Origin: Mycoplasmoidaceae bacterium
GTDB taxonomy: Bacteria > Bacillota_I > Bacilli_A > Mycoplasmatales > Mycoplasmoidaceae
Reading direction: 5' to 3'
NCBI GenBank assembly: GCA_045641165.1
Contig: JAZUGL010000009.1
Location: 12,845-76,844 of the forward strand
Length of the DNA: 64,000 nucleotides
The notes beneath the pieces are model-generated. The model saw only the letters and a program-made list of their open reading frames with translations, was not told the DNA's origin and did no database searches. Every line of letters starts with the position of its first letter. Position 1 is the stretch's first letter. The position numbers were made by a program, and so were the translations under genes. Shown piece by piece: positions 35,507 to 47,400 of this stretch.

Positions 35507-35707
35507 ATGGGAAAAGTAACATATTTAAAGCCTGGCGAAACTAAATGTCCTGTTTGTGGTTCTACACATATTTGCGAAATATCTAGAATCACAGGCTACT
35601 TATCTTTTGATGAAAGATTTTGTGAATCAAAAACTAAAGAAAGATCTTCAAGGGTTGACCACAATAATCTACATGAAGAAAACTACACAAAACAGATTAA
35701 AGCTTAA
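35507..35707 (+). CDS. 66-aa stand-alone NrdD C-terminal module (second zinc-ribbon Cys pair plus glycyl-radical motif)
   Basis: MGKVTYLKPGETKCPVCGS...SRITGYLSFDERF...KERSSRVDH matches the canonical NrdD C-terminus (CPxCG ... RxxGYL ... K.E...R..H). An in-frame TAA lies 18 nt upstream, so it cannot be fused to nrdG. Confidence 0.7.
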   Translation: MGKVTYLKPGETKCPVCGSTHICEISRITGYLSFDERFCESKTKERSSRVDHNNLHEENYTKQIKA

Positions 35708-35714
35708 TTAAAAA

Positions 35715-35737
35715 ACACCCATAGGGTGTTTTTTTTA
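35715..35737. terminator. Bidirectional rho-independent terminator
   Basis: acaccc-ata-gggtgt flanked by A6 and T8. It sits between the nrd cluster (+) and the convergent membrane-protein gene (-). Confidence 0.8.
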
Positions 35738-35738
35738 T

Positions 35739-36947
35739 TTAAATTGTTGGGTCTGGTGTAAAGAAGTCGTCAGGCATACCAGGATATAAGAATATGATGC
35801 TTATGATGTCTTTCATACAGTTTTTAACATCATCTGGGTTAACATCGGTTGCTTTAATTTCAATTAAATCATAAAAGAAATCTGTAAAGCTGTTAAATCC
35901 TTCTTCAGTAATAGTAATTTGGTTTAGATCTCCTATTTTTATACCACCTATTTCCCCAGTTGCTTCATATTCAGCCACCAAATCTTGCATTGTGGTAATT
36001 GGATCTTCATCAACAATTTCAAATGTTTGTTCTGGCATCATTTGTTTTACTAAGTCGATAGCATTAGGTGAAGAGAAAAGGCCACTGATTTCGTTTGGAT
36101 AGTCTTCCACTAGGGTGTTTCATGTTAGAACTAAATCTTCAACCGCTTCGCCGGCTTGTTCTTTAGTTTCAGAAGAAATATTTTCCATAATTGTTTGAAT
36201 TTCAGAAGGAACTGTGGTTTCAATGTAATTAAGTAGAGTTCCACCACCAGGCACAGTAACATTTATTAGTGCTAACGCACTAAATAAAGCATCGAAGTCA
36301 TAACAAGTTTGGGGTGAATAAGCTAGTCAAGAGAATGGTCCTGTACTTATGTTTAATAAACCGTTGTATAGGCCACTAGAGAACCCATTTTTAGCTCTTG
36401 TAGAGGCAGATGTTGTTCCATTATAAATAACTTGAGTAAAAGCCATTGTAGTAGGAAGAGTTAAAATTCCTAATAAAGCAGCACCTCCAAGTTTGTTACC
36501 AACCTTATAGCCAACTGTATCAGCTTTTTTGTTTACTTTAGCGTATTGTTTAACCATACCGTTTTTAGTTTTAACTTGAATCTTTTTTAAACCAACCACT
36601 TTCTTATATCAAGCGTAGTAGTTGATAAGTAAGATTAATTCGCTTACAGCCATAAATAAGATAAATCAAACCGGTGATATAACTGAAGCAATTAATTGGT
36701 CGGTTACTGTTAGTCCTTGTACTAATGAGCTTAATAGGTTGGTAATCATTGGTTTAAGCGCAGCTGCTATAGCGTTGCCTGCTAATACTCAAATAATTAA
36801 ACCTAATATATAGAAGATAAAGTTTCCCCCACCTCAATATGCTGCTCTTTTTCAACCAGCTAATACTCCTATTAAAGGAAAAGCAACAACTAATATTACA
36901 AATATTACTGGTGCAACTATTGCTAAACTTTCTATTGGATAATTCAT
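35739..36947 (-). CDS. Hypothetical membrane protein (402 aa) with an N-terminal multi-TM region and an acidic C-terminal soluble domain
   Basis: I verified codon by codon that the frame is continuous from the ATG at 36947 (AAGGAG SD) to the stop at 35739, with about 7 in-frame TGA codons. It merges track ORFs 36327..36599 and 35739..36110. Confidence 0.6.
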
Positions 36948-36959
36948 ATGTTCTCCTTA

Positions 36960-37583
36960 TTATTGTGATTTTTTAACTTTAGGCAAATAAGCTGTCCTTT
37001 CTCTTAAATGAGAATGACATTTTCTACATTTTGCAGAATATTCTTTTTTGTCTCCAATTATTATATTGTTTTTTGCGTCTCTCTTACCTGTATGATCAGA
37101 AAAGGCTGCATTAGCTCCGCATTCCATGCATATAGCTTTTAGTTTAGTTACTCTTTCGGCAGTAGCTAATAACTTAGCTATTTGATCAAAAGGTTTGCCA
37201 AATGAGTCCATGTCAAGACCAGCAACCATAACAATGTATCCGTTGTTGGCTAAGTGATTACATACATCACATAACTCATCATCAAAGAATTGTGCTTCGT
37301 CAATAGCAATTAATTGAATATGTTTGTTAGATTTGTTAATATGTTCAATGATTTCTCTAGATTGATAAACAGTAATAGTAGAAATGATTCTTCCATCTCT
37401 ACTTTTAGCAATCTTAGCTCCTGAACGCGTGTCAGCGGCTGGAGTAAATACTAAATACTCAACTTCAGAATATTTAAGAAGATTTATTCTTCTTAATAAT
37501 TCTTCAGATTTGCCTGAGAACATTGGTCCGCAGATAACTTCTATCCATCCTCTTTGTATATTAAACGCATTAATTTTTGGCAT
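36960..37583 (-). CDS. tdk: Thymidine kinase
   Basis: P-loop GPMFSGKSEEL, IDEAQFF, and a C-terminal zinc site (CMECG...CRKCH). Confidence 0.9.
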   Translation of the reverse strand: MPKINAFNIQRGWIEVICGPMFSGKSEELLRRINLLKYSEVEYLVFTPAADTRSGAKIAKSRDGRIISTITVYQSREIIEHINKSNKHIQLIAIDEAQFFDDELCDVCNHLANNGYIVMVAGLDMDSFGKPFDQIAKLLATAERVTKLKAICMECGANAAFSDHTGKRDAKNNIIIGDKKEYSAKCRKCHSHLRERTAYLPKVKKSQ

Positions 37584-37591
37584 AATTCCTC

Positions 37592-38689
37592 CTAAACGTT
37601 AAATCTGAAGTAAACAACATCTCCATCTTTAATCGAATAGTCTTTCCCTTCAACTCTTAACAATCCTTTTGCTTTAACTTCTTGTTCTGTTTTAAATTCA
37701 ATTAAATCTTTAGCGTTCATCACTTCTGCTCGTATGAAACCTTTTTGAATATCACTATGGATTAGACCTGCACATTCTGGTGCACTCATCCCATTGATAA
37801 AGGTTCATGCTTTTACCTCATCTTTACCAAAGGTAAAGAAAGAAGAAAGATTTAATAACTTGTACGCTTCTATTATAACTCTTGAAAGCCCGGTTTCTTT
37901 TAAACCTAAATCATCCATAAATGGTTTCTTATCTGATTCAGGTAATTTAGATATTTCACACTCTATTTGTGCAGATATAGGAATAATAATGTCGTTGGGT
38001 TTGCAACACTCTTTTAAAGCTTTAAGGTACGGGTTATTTTCTGGATGACTAATAGATGCTTCATCTACATTAGCAACAAATAAAGTTGGTTTAAAGGTTA
38101 AAAAATTATCTAATTTAATTTGTTTTAACTCTTCATCACTAAAACTCATGTCTTTAATTAACTTGTTATTAGTAAGTTGTTGTTTAACTCTTACATAAAG
38201 ATTATCTAAAAATTGTGATGTTTTATCACCTGATAAAGCTTTGCGGTGTACTTTTTCAATTTTCTTATTAACAACATCAAGATCTGCAACTATTAACTCT
38301 AAGTTAATAATTTCAATGTCTCTTTTAGGATCAACACTATTGTAAACATGTGTAATGTTTTTGTTTTCAAAACATCTAACAACATGGCAAATTGCGTCAG
38401 CTTCTCTTATGTTTGCTAAAAATTGATTCCCTAAACCTTCACCTTTAGATGCGCCTTTAACTAAACCAGCAATATCAACAAATTGACAAATTGCTGGTGT
38501 TGTTTTATTTGGATTAATTAAGGATGAAAGACTTCATAATCTTTTATCAGGAACTGCAACAATACCAACATTTGGTTCAATTGTTGCAAAAGGATAATTG
38601 GCTGCTTCAACTTGGGAATTAGTTATAGCATTAAATAAAGTAGATTTTCCTACATTGGGTAGACCAACAATACCAACAAATAAATTCAT
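37592..38689 (-). CDS. ychF: Ribosome-binding ATPase YchF
   Basis: [33 protein letters not shown], and the C-terminal TGS-like segment (GFIRAEV...). 1098 nt in one frame with TGA read-throughs. Confidence 0.9.
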
Positions 38690-39591
38690 TAGGCTTTATT
38701 TTTTGAACCAAACATTGTTATTTTTTCAATAACTTTTGCTTTTATGGCTTCACACCCTGGTTTTAATAATTTTCTTGGGTCAAAGCCTTTGGCTTTCTTA
38801 TCTAAATCTTTTTTTGCTTTGATGTAATTTCTTGTAGCTTCAGCAAAAGCTAATTGACATTCTGTGTTAACGTTAATTTTGCAAATACCTAGACTAATTG
38901 ATTTTTTAACTTGATTAGAAGGAATGCCGGTTCCACCATGTAAAACTAAAGGAAGTCCCTTAACATTTTGAGAAATTTCTTTTAACTTTTTAAAATTTAA
39001 ACCTTTTCAATTTTTGGGATAAATACCGTGGATGTTTCCAATTCCGGCAGCTAAACAACATATTCCAGAGTTTGCAGCAATTGTTGCACATTCATCAACA
39101 TTGGCTATTTCACCTTGGGAAGTAACTCCATCTTCGCTTCCACCAATTCCACCAACTTCTGCTTCTACAGAAGCATGATATCTCTTTGCTAATTTAACAA
39201 TCTTTTTTGTTTTAGCTAAATTTTCAGCAAAAGGAAAGGCTGAACCATCAAACATAACTGAACTAAATCCAGCTTTCAAGGCATCTATACAAGCTTCATA
39301 TTTACCATGATCAACATGTAAAGCAACAGGAACAGTAATGTTTTTGGTTTTAATAACATTATTAACCATGTCTGCTACGTTTTTTCATCCACTCATATAT
39401 TTGGCAGCCCCAGCAGAAACGCCTAAGATGATTGGTGCTTTTGCTTCTTGAGCTCCTTCCAAAACAGCTCCAATTCATTCAAGATTGTTAATATTGATCG
39501 CAGCAACAGCATAATGCCCTTGCTTAGCTTTATTAAGCATTTGAATCATATTTACTAATCTAGAATGTTTTGTTTTTTTGAATAAGCTCAT
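38689..39591 (-). CDS. fba: Fructose-bisphosphate aldolase, class II
   Basis: [15 protein letters not shown] and LVLHGGTG motifs. 903 nt in frame through TGA codons. Confidence 0.9.
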
Positions 39592-39649
39592 AAAATACCT
39601 CGTGACGTATATATTATTTATATATTATTTTTTGTGAACAAAAAATAAA

Positions 39650-39667
39650 AAGGTGATTACTCACCTT
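39650..39667 (-). terminator. Rho-independent terminator overlapping the rpoE stop
   Basis: aaggtga-ttac-tcacctt. On the minus strand it is followed by TTTTATTTTT. Confidence 0.65.
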
Positions 39668-40109
39668 CTTGTTCCTCTTCTTCACTTTCTTCTTCAGATG
39701 GTTCATCAATATTCTCATCATCAAGATCAGCACCTTTTTGTTGAGCCATCAATTCTTCCTCTTCTTCAAGATAAAAGATTTCGTCGTATTCACTTTGTTT
39801 ATCAGATAAAGAAGCAACCCTTTTCTTTTCTTCGCTTTCTTCTTGTTTAAAGTTGTACAAAGCGTTTGCTAGGTTTTCTTGTTGAGCAAGAGTTAAGAAT
39901 TCTCTTAGTTGTCATTTATCTCCACCAACAAAGATAAATCTATGGTCTTGTAACATTGAAGTATAAACATGACCAACTTGGGCTTGTTCATCTTTATCAA
40001 GTTTTAGTTTCTTAACTAAATCTTTTCATAATTGTTCAAAAGAAAATTGTTTTTCGCCGTATTTTTCTTTTGCTAATTCATAAATGTTTGAAATGATCGC
40101 TTTGTCCAT
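39657..40109 (-). CDS. rpoE: DNA-directed RNA polymerase delta subunit
   Basis: N-terminal HARE-HTH-like domain (FSFEQLWKDL...GHVYTSMLQDHRFIFVGGDKWQLREF) followed by a long poly-acidic tail (EEESEEEEQEGE). Confidence 0.75.
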
Positions 40110-40141
40110 AATAGTCCTTTTAAGTTATATTCTATTATATA

Positions 40142-42329
<2,188 letters not shown>

Positions 42330-42355
42330 TATTTGAATGTATTATAAATTTTTTC

Positions 42356-43132
42356 TCAATCAGTATAATTTAAAACTTCTGCTCTTATATTTTCATCATA
42401 CCCTAAACTTTTTAAACAATTTATAAATGCATTTTTATTAATGTTTTTGGGTAAATTATTTAATATTTTCTTTCTTTTAAAAAGAAAGAATGGTCTCATA
42501 AATTGATAAAATTTTGGATCATATTTTTTGTTGTTTTTCTTTATTAACAAAACCATAGAAGAATCAACTTTCGGAGAAGGAACAAAACAAGTGTTTTTTA
42601 TATCTAGAATCTTTTTGAAATCAAAATAATAATTGATAATGTTTGTTGATGCATTGCGGTTACTTGTTTTCTTATAAATCCATTTATTGGCTACTTCTTT
42701 TTGCACCATAATGTAAAGTGTTTTGATTTTATTAAAAGCTAAAGCTTTTAAAATAATGGGTGTTGTTATTGAATAAGGAATGTTAGCAATAACTATAACT
42801 TTTTTAAATGATGCTAAAACTTTGTTTAAATCAAGTTGTAAGAAATCATCGTTAACAAGTTTAAGATTAGAACAGTTTTTAAATTTTTGTGTTAAGTTAT
42901 CATAGAGTCTTTTATCTAGTTCAATGCAAACAATTTGTTTTTTAAGCTGAACAAGATGCTTAGTGATGGCACCAAAACCAGGACCAATTTCTAATATACA
43001 ATCGTAAGCTTTTAAATCTGGCAAGTTATCAACAATTCCTTGTGTAATATTACTATCAACCAAAAAGTTTTGTCCCATTTTTTTAGATGGAACAAACTTT
43101 GTTTGTTTAAGTGTTGTTTTCAAATCTGCCAT
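42356..43132 (-). CDS. rsmA: 16S rRNA (adenine1518/1519-N6)-dimethyltransferase RsmA/KsgA
   Basis: KKMGQNFL, SAM motif ILEIGPGFGAIT, and NIPY. Confidence 0.9.
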   Translation of the reverse strand: MADLKTTLKQTKFVPSKKMGQNFLVDSNITQGIVDNLPDLKAYDCILEIGPGFGAITKHLVQLKKQIVCIELDKRLYDNLTQKFKNCSNLKLVNDDFLQLDLNKVLASFKKVIVIANIPYSITTPIILKALAFNKIKTLYIMVQKEVANKWIYKKTSNRNASTNIINYYFDFKKILDIKNTCFVPSPKVDSSMVLLIKKNNKKYDPKFYQFMRPFFLFKRKKILNNLPKNINKNAFINCLKSLGYDENIRAEVLNYTD

Positions 43133-44277
43133 TATAATTTCAAGTTTGTTATACGAGCAGTAGCGGATTTATCTTTAGTTTTACGATGAACAATAATTTT
43201 GTGTAGTATAAGTGCCTGTGCAAGAGTAAATAGTGAGTTTAAGAACCAATAAACACCTACACCTACAGCAGAGAAAGCAACGATGACACACATTACAACC
43301 ATGAAGATGATTTGTGTTCTTTGTGTTTTCTTTGCTTGTTGTTGCCCTGCTTGAGAAGCAGAAGAAGCCATTCTAGATCTAGTTCTTGCAAGTTTTTGAG
43401 GAATCATCATAGATGCTACTTGACTACCAGCAACTAGAATTAAGAAGAACAAGTATGGTCAACCACCATTAACAAAATCACTAAATATTCTATTTAATGG
43501 GCTGGCTGCGAAATTTCAAATGTTGAATAAAACTGTAACTTTAATAGGTCTAACTATTGTTACCACACGGAAAATAATTAAGAAAATTGGCAATGTTAAA
43601 AACATTTGTTCAAAGGCAGCAAATGGTTTGATGTTGTATTTTTGATATAGCGCCATAGTCTCTTGCTGTTTCATTTGGCGAGACTGCATATCTTTCATAT
43701 CTTTATATTTAGCATTGATTTCAGCAATTTGACCTTGCACTTCGTTCATTCTTTCGGTTTGCAGTGTTGATTTTAAAGAAATAGCTAATGTTAATAATCT
43801 AATAAATAGTAGCAATATGAATATTGCTAATAGTGTATTCATACCACCTCATCAAGAATTTGTTGCTCACATAAAGCGTGTGATTAACCATGCGGCTGGT
43901 CAAACAAAAAAACCATAGAATGGCCCATATAGTAATGATCAATTAGTAAAAGTATTATATTGATATGCGCCCGCAGACATTTGTAAGTCAAATCTATAGT
44001 CTCCTGTTGTTCCAAAAGGGAAACCAAACTCTAGACCAACGCCAATTGCAGAGTTTTGTGATACTGTTTTATCAAACATTGATTGAAAACAACCTCATAA
44101 ACCCATAAGCATCATAAATAAGAAAATGGCCATTTTGCTTCATTTCCAAATTTGAGCTCAAACTTTTTTACTTTTTTGTTTCTTGCTTGTTGCTTCTCAA
44201 AAAGGTGCGCTGGTTTGCGCAGCTGAGTTTTCAATAGTATTGAAATCAGATATGTTAAGTGCGGATTTATTTCCCAT
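43132..44277 (-). CDS. yidC: Membrane protein insertase YidC
   Basis: Conserved rpmH-rnpA-yidC order. Multi-TM protein with a basic C-terminal tail. 1146 nt in frame through many TGA codons. Confidence 0.8.
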
Positions 44278-44614
44278 GATTGTTGTTTAGTGTTTGATAA
44301 ATTAATTGTTGAATTTCTTTATATTCTTTTTTTAGATAAAGACTGTTTGGTTTAAATAAAATTTTTACTCCACCATTGAAATTACTGTTTTGTAAGATAC
44401 TTCTTAGTTGCCTTTTAATTTTATTTCTAGTAACTGAAAGTTTAAATTGTGATTTATTAACTAATAAGGCATATTCAATAAGAGAGTGGTTGTTGCTTTT
44501 CCCTACAAAAATTGTCATAAAGGGAAGATTGGTTTTTTTATTTTTTTTAAGTACTTCTAAAATCTTTTTATTCTCTTTAATTGATTTTAGTTGAACACCA
44601 ATTTTATTTTTCAT
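44267..44614 (-). CDS. rnpA: Ribonuclease P protein component
   Basis: 115 aa basic protein with an RNR-like motif ([11 protein letters not shown]), directly downstream of rpmH. Confidence 0.85.
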   Translation of the reverse strand: MKNKIGVQLKSIKENKKILEVLKKNKKTNLPFMTIFVGKSNNHSLIEYALLVNKSQFKLSVTRNKIKRQLRSILQNSNFNGGVKILFKPNSLYLKKEYKEIQQLIYQTLNNNHGK

Positions 44615-44750
44615 CTGAAACTGTAAGTTTCTTTCTTCCTTTTGCTCTTCTTGCTTTTAAGACTTTACGGCCTTGAGCTGTTTTAGATCTAACTAAAAAA
44701 CCATGTGTTTTAGCTCTTTTAGCTTTATTGGGCTGATATGTTCTATGCAT
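44604..44750 (-). CDS. rpmH: 50S ribosomal protein L34
   Basis: [37 protein letters not shown] is the L34 signature. This ORF is below the length cutoff of the supplied track. Confidence 0.9.
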   Translation of the reverse strand: MHRTYQPNKAKRAKTHGFLVRSKTAQGRKVLKARRAKGRKKLTVSDEK

Positions 44751-44823
44751 TTTCCGCTCCTGTCTTTATTATTATTTTCTTAATTATAGTATATATTTAT
44801 ATATAATCAAAAAATAGTCAAAT

Positions 44824-46179
44824 ATGGCATCCGGAAGCAGCGAAAAAATTGAAAAAAGTTTCCTTAATGTTTTAAATAATTTAAAGGAAAAAAACACTAA
44901 CAAAGAATTTTTTGATAAATTCGTTGGCTCTTTAAGAATTAAAGAGATTTCTGACAATACCATCTATCTTATAGCAAAAAACAATTTCGCAAAACAAGTT
45001 GTTATTAATGACTTTTTGGGACTTATAAGCGACGCGTTTAATCAAGCAGAAGAAAGTAAGTATATTTTTAAAGTTATTAGTGAAAATGAAAATAAAATTA
45101 TCGCATCAAAAGTTGGATATGAACCAACTGGAAAAGTTGTTGGTTTAAACAAAGACTATACTTTTGAAAATTTGGTAATTGGTGATTTCAATAATGCTGC
45201 TTATTTAGCTGGTAAGTCAATTGTTTCAGAAAATTTTATAAACCCTTTATTTATAAGTGCTAATGTTGGCTTAGGAAAAACGCATTTTTTACATGCTATC
45301 GGTAATGAATTTAGAAAAGCATTTCCAAATAAATCTATTAAATATATTTCAGCTGATGACTTTTCTAGACAAGTTTATAAAGCTTTAATGGCAGAGGACA
45401 AAACCTTAATTGAAGAAATCAAAGATGAATACGCATCTTATGATTTACTACTTTTAGATGACATACAAATTTTGAGTAATAGAACTAAAATTAATGATGT
45501 TTTGTTTGGCATTTTTAATAACAATTTACGTAGTAAAAAACTAATTGTTTTTACGAGTGATAAAAATATCGACTTACTTGTTGGTTTTGAAGATAGACTA
45601 AAATCTAGGTTCCATTCAGGTATTACTTTGACCATTCAAAAACCAGATTTGGAAACAATAGCTGAAATTATTGATAAAAAAGTCAAAGAAGGAAATAATG
45701 TGTATACACTTTCGCCTGATGCAATTAAATATATTGCTAGAAGAAACACAGGCGATATAAGAAGATTGGGTGGAGATATTAACCAAATTTTCTTCTATGC
45801 AATTAACAATCTTCCTAAATACACAAACATTAGCCTAGAAGTTGTTAAATCTGTCCTTGCACCGAGCAACATTGATGAAATCAATCTTTTTGGTTATGAT
45901 ATTGACCCAAACATTATCATCGAACAAGTTTGCAGTAGTTATGGGGTTAAATCAGATATGGTTAAATCTAAATCTAAATTAGGATCATTAATAACCCCAA
46001 GATGTATTTGTATGTATGTGTTAAGACAAAAATTTAATATGACATACTCACAAATAGGACATTTTTTCTCCGGAAGAGACCATTCAACTGTAATGAGCGC
46101 TATAGAAAAAATTGAAAAAATTATTAAGTCGGATCCTAATTTAAAATCAACAATTGAGAATATTTACAAAAAAATCTAA
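44824..46179 (+). CDS. dnaA: Chromosomal replication initiator protein DnaA
   Basis: Walker A GLGKTHFLHAIG, LLLDDIQ, and C-terminal DNA-binding domain (GRDHSTVMSAIEKIE). Confidence 0.95.
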   Translation: MASGSSEKIEKSFLNVLNNLKEKNTNKEFFDKFVGSLRIKEISDNTIYLIAKNNFAKQVVINDFLGLISDAFNQAEESKYIFKVISENENKIIASKVGYEPTGKVVGLNKDYTFENLVIGDFNNAAYLAGKSIVSENFINPLFISANVGLGKTHFLHAIGNEFRKAFPNKSIKYISADDFSRQVYKALMAEDKTLIEEIKDEYASYDLLLLDDIQILSNRTKINDVLFGIFNNNLRSKKLIVFTSDKNIDLLVGFEDRLKSRFHSGITLTIQKPDLETIAEIIDKKVKEGNNVYTLSPDAIKYIARRNTGDIRRLGGDINQIFFYAINNLPKYTNISLEVVKSVLAPSNIDEINLFGYDIDPNIIIEQVCSSYGVKSDMVKSKSKLGSLITPRCICMYVLRQKFNMTYSQIGHFFSGRDHSTVMSAIEKIEKIIKSDPNLKSTIENIYKKI

Positions 46180-46284
46180 TGTGGATAACTTTGTGGAAAT
46201 CTATATATTATATATAAATGTTAAAAATGTACTTTTCCACTACTATAATAATAAATATAAAATAAATAAAATAGAAGTAAAATT
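46180..46284. other. Candidate oriC segment: a DnaA-box cluster plus AT-rich unwinding stretch in the dnaA-dnaN spacer
   Basis: tgtggataa (46180..46188) is the exact complement of TTATCCACA. tgtggaaat (46192..46200) and ttttccact (46233..46241, opposite orientation) are near-consensus. They flank ctatatattatatataaatgttaaaaatg. Confidence 0.6.
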
Positions 46285-47400
46285 ATGAAGTTTACAATCA
46301 AAAAAACTATTTTAAATAATGCATTAAAAAACATTAATAACATTATTGATCAAAACAACACAAATCCTGTTTTAACTGGTGTTCAAATTAAAGTTATTGA
46401 TAATAAAATATTTTTAACTTGCAACAATGGATCAACTAGATATCAACAAATAATTTCTGATGTCAAAATTGAAAAGCCCGGCGAAATTCTTGTTAAAGCT
46501 CGTGTTCTTTATGAAATCATCACTTCTTTAAAACAAGATGAAATAACTTTTACGCAAATTGATGAATCAATTTTACACATTCAAACTTCAAGTTATTCAA
46601 GTGATATTAACTTACTAGATAATTTTTCTTTCCCTGTTTTGAAATTTGAATTCCAAAACTGGCCTAAAATTACAATTAACGCCGATACTATTTTTAATAT
46701 TCATTCTAAAATTAAACCATTTGTTTCACAAATGAGCTCGAGTCAATACACAATTACAAAAGGAATTTTATTTAATCCAATTGACGAAAAAAATATGGAA
46801 TGTGTTGCTTCAGATGGTGTAAGAATTGCTTACCATAAATTTGATTACACTGGCGCTAATTTAAAATTTGTTGCTGACCCTGAAGTAATTGATTTTGCTA
46901 ATAGTCTTTTGCAAACAACTAAAAACAAAACAATTGATTTCTTTATTGAAAATAAATCATGTGCTCTTAATGTTGGTGATACAACAATTATTTTCATTTT
47001 GTATGATAACAACTACCCTAATATCACTAAAACATTATTTGCTGATTACAAAAATTCATTTTCTGTTAAAACAGCTGATTTATATTCTGCCTTAACTCGT
47101 GGGCATCCATTTGTTTCTAATGACAGAAACCCAGCAGCAAATTTAAAAATTGAAAATAATAAGCTTACGCTTAAATTTATTTCTGCTGAAGTTGGAAACT
47201 CTTTTGAAGAAATTGAAATTTTAAATTCTAATACTAACGAATTTGACTTTAAATTAAATCAAAAATTATTAGCTGAACTTGTGGCTTCTATTGATTCTGA
47301 AATAATTACTTTTAATTTTTCTAGCGCTCAAAGTCCAATTTTAATTTCTTCTAATAACCCTTACTTCTTAAATTTAATTGTTCCTTTAAGAAACGCTTAA
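46285..47400 (+). CDS. dnaN: DNA polymerase III beta sliding clamp
   Basis: 371 aa uninterrupted ORF directly after dnaA, with a three-domain clamp length and pattern. Confidence 0.85.
   Translation: MKFTIKKTILNNALKNINNIIDQNNTNPVLTGVQIKVIDNKIFLTCNNGSTRYQQIISDVKIEKPGEILVKARVLYEIITSLKQDEITFTQIDESILHIQTSSYSSDINLLDNFSFPVLKFEFQNWPKITINADTIFNIHSKIKPFVSQMSSSQYTITKGILFNPIDEKNMECVASDGVRIAYHKFDYTGANLKFVADPEVIDFANSLLQTTKNKTIDFFIENKSCALNVGDTTIIFILYDNNYPNITKTLFADYKNSFSVKTADLYSALTRGHPFVSNDRNPAANLKIENNKLTLKFISAEVGNSFEEIEILNSNTNEFDFKLNQKLLAELVASIDSEIITFNFSSAQSPILISSNNPYFLNLIVPLRNA

Noticed and set aside
39657-39860. The poly-acidic ORF tail and the opposite-strand ORF 39653..39850 as a possible repeat protein or novel gene.
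   Set aside because: - The acidic stretch is the normal C-terminal tail of the RNA polymerase delta subunit, and is continuous with the N-terminal domain up to the ATG at 40109.
- The + strand ORF is its antisense shadow.
44751-44823. The rpmH-dnaA spacer as the main oriC or DnaA autoregulation site.
   Set aside because: - Only a weak 6/9 match (ttttccgct) is present.
- The convincing boxes are all in the dnaA-dnaN spacer.
- I kept this as a note within the oriC finding rather than as a separate claim.
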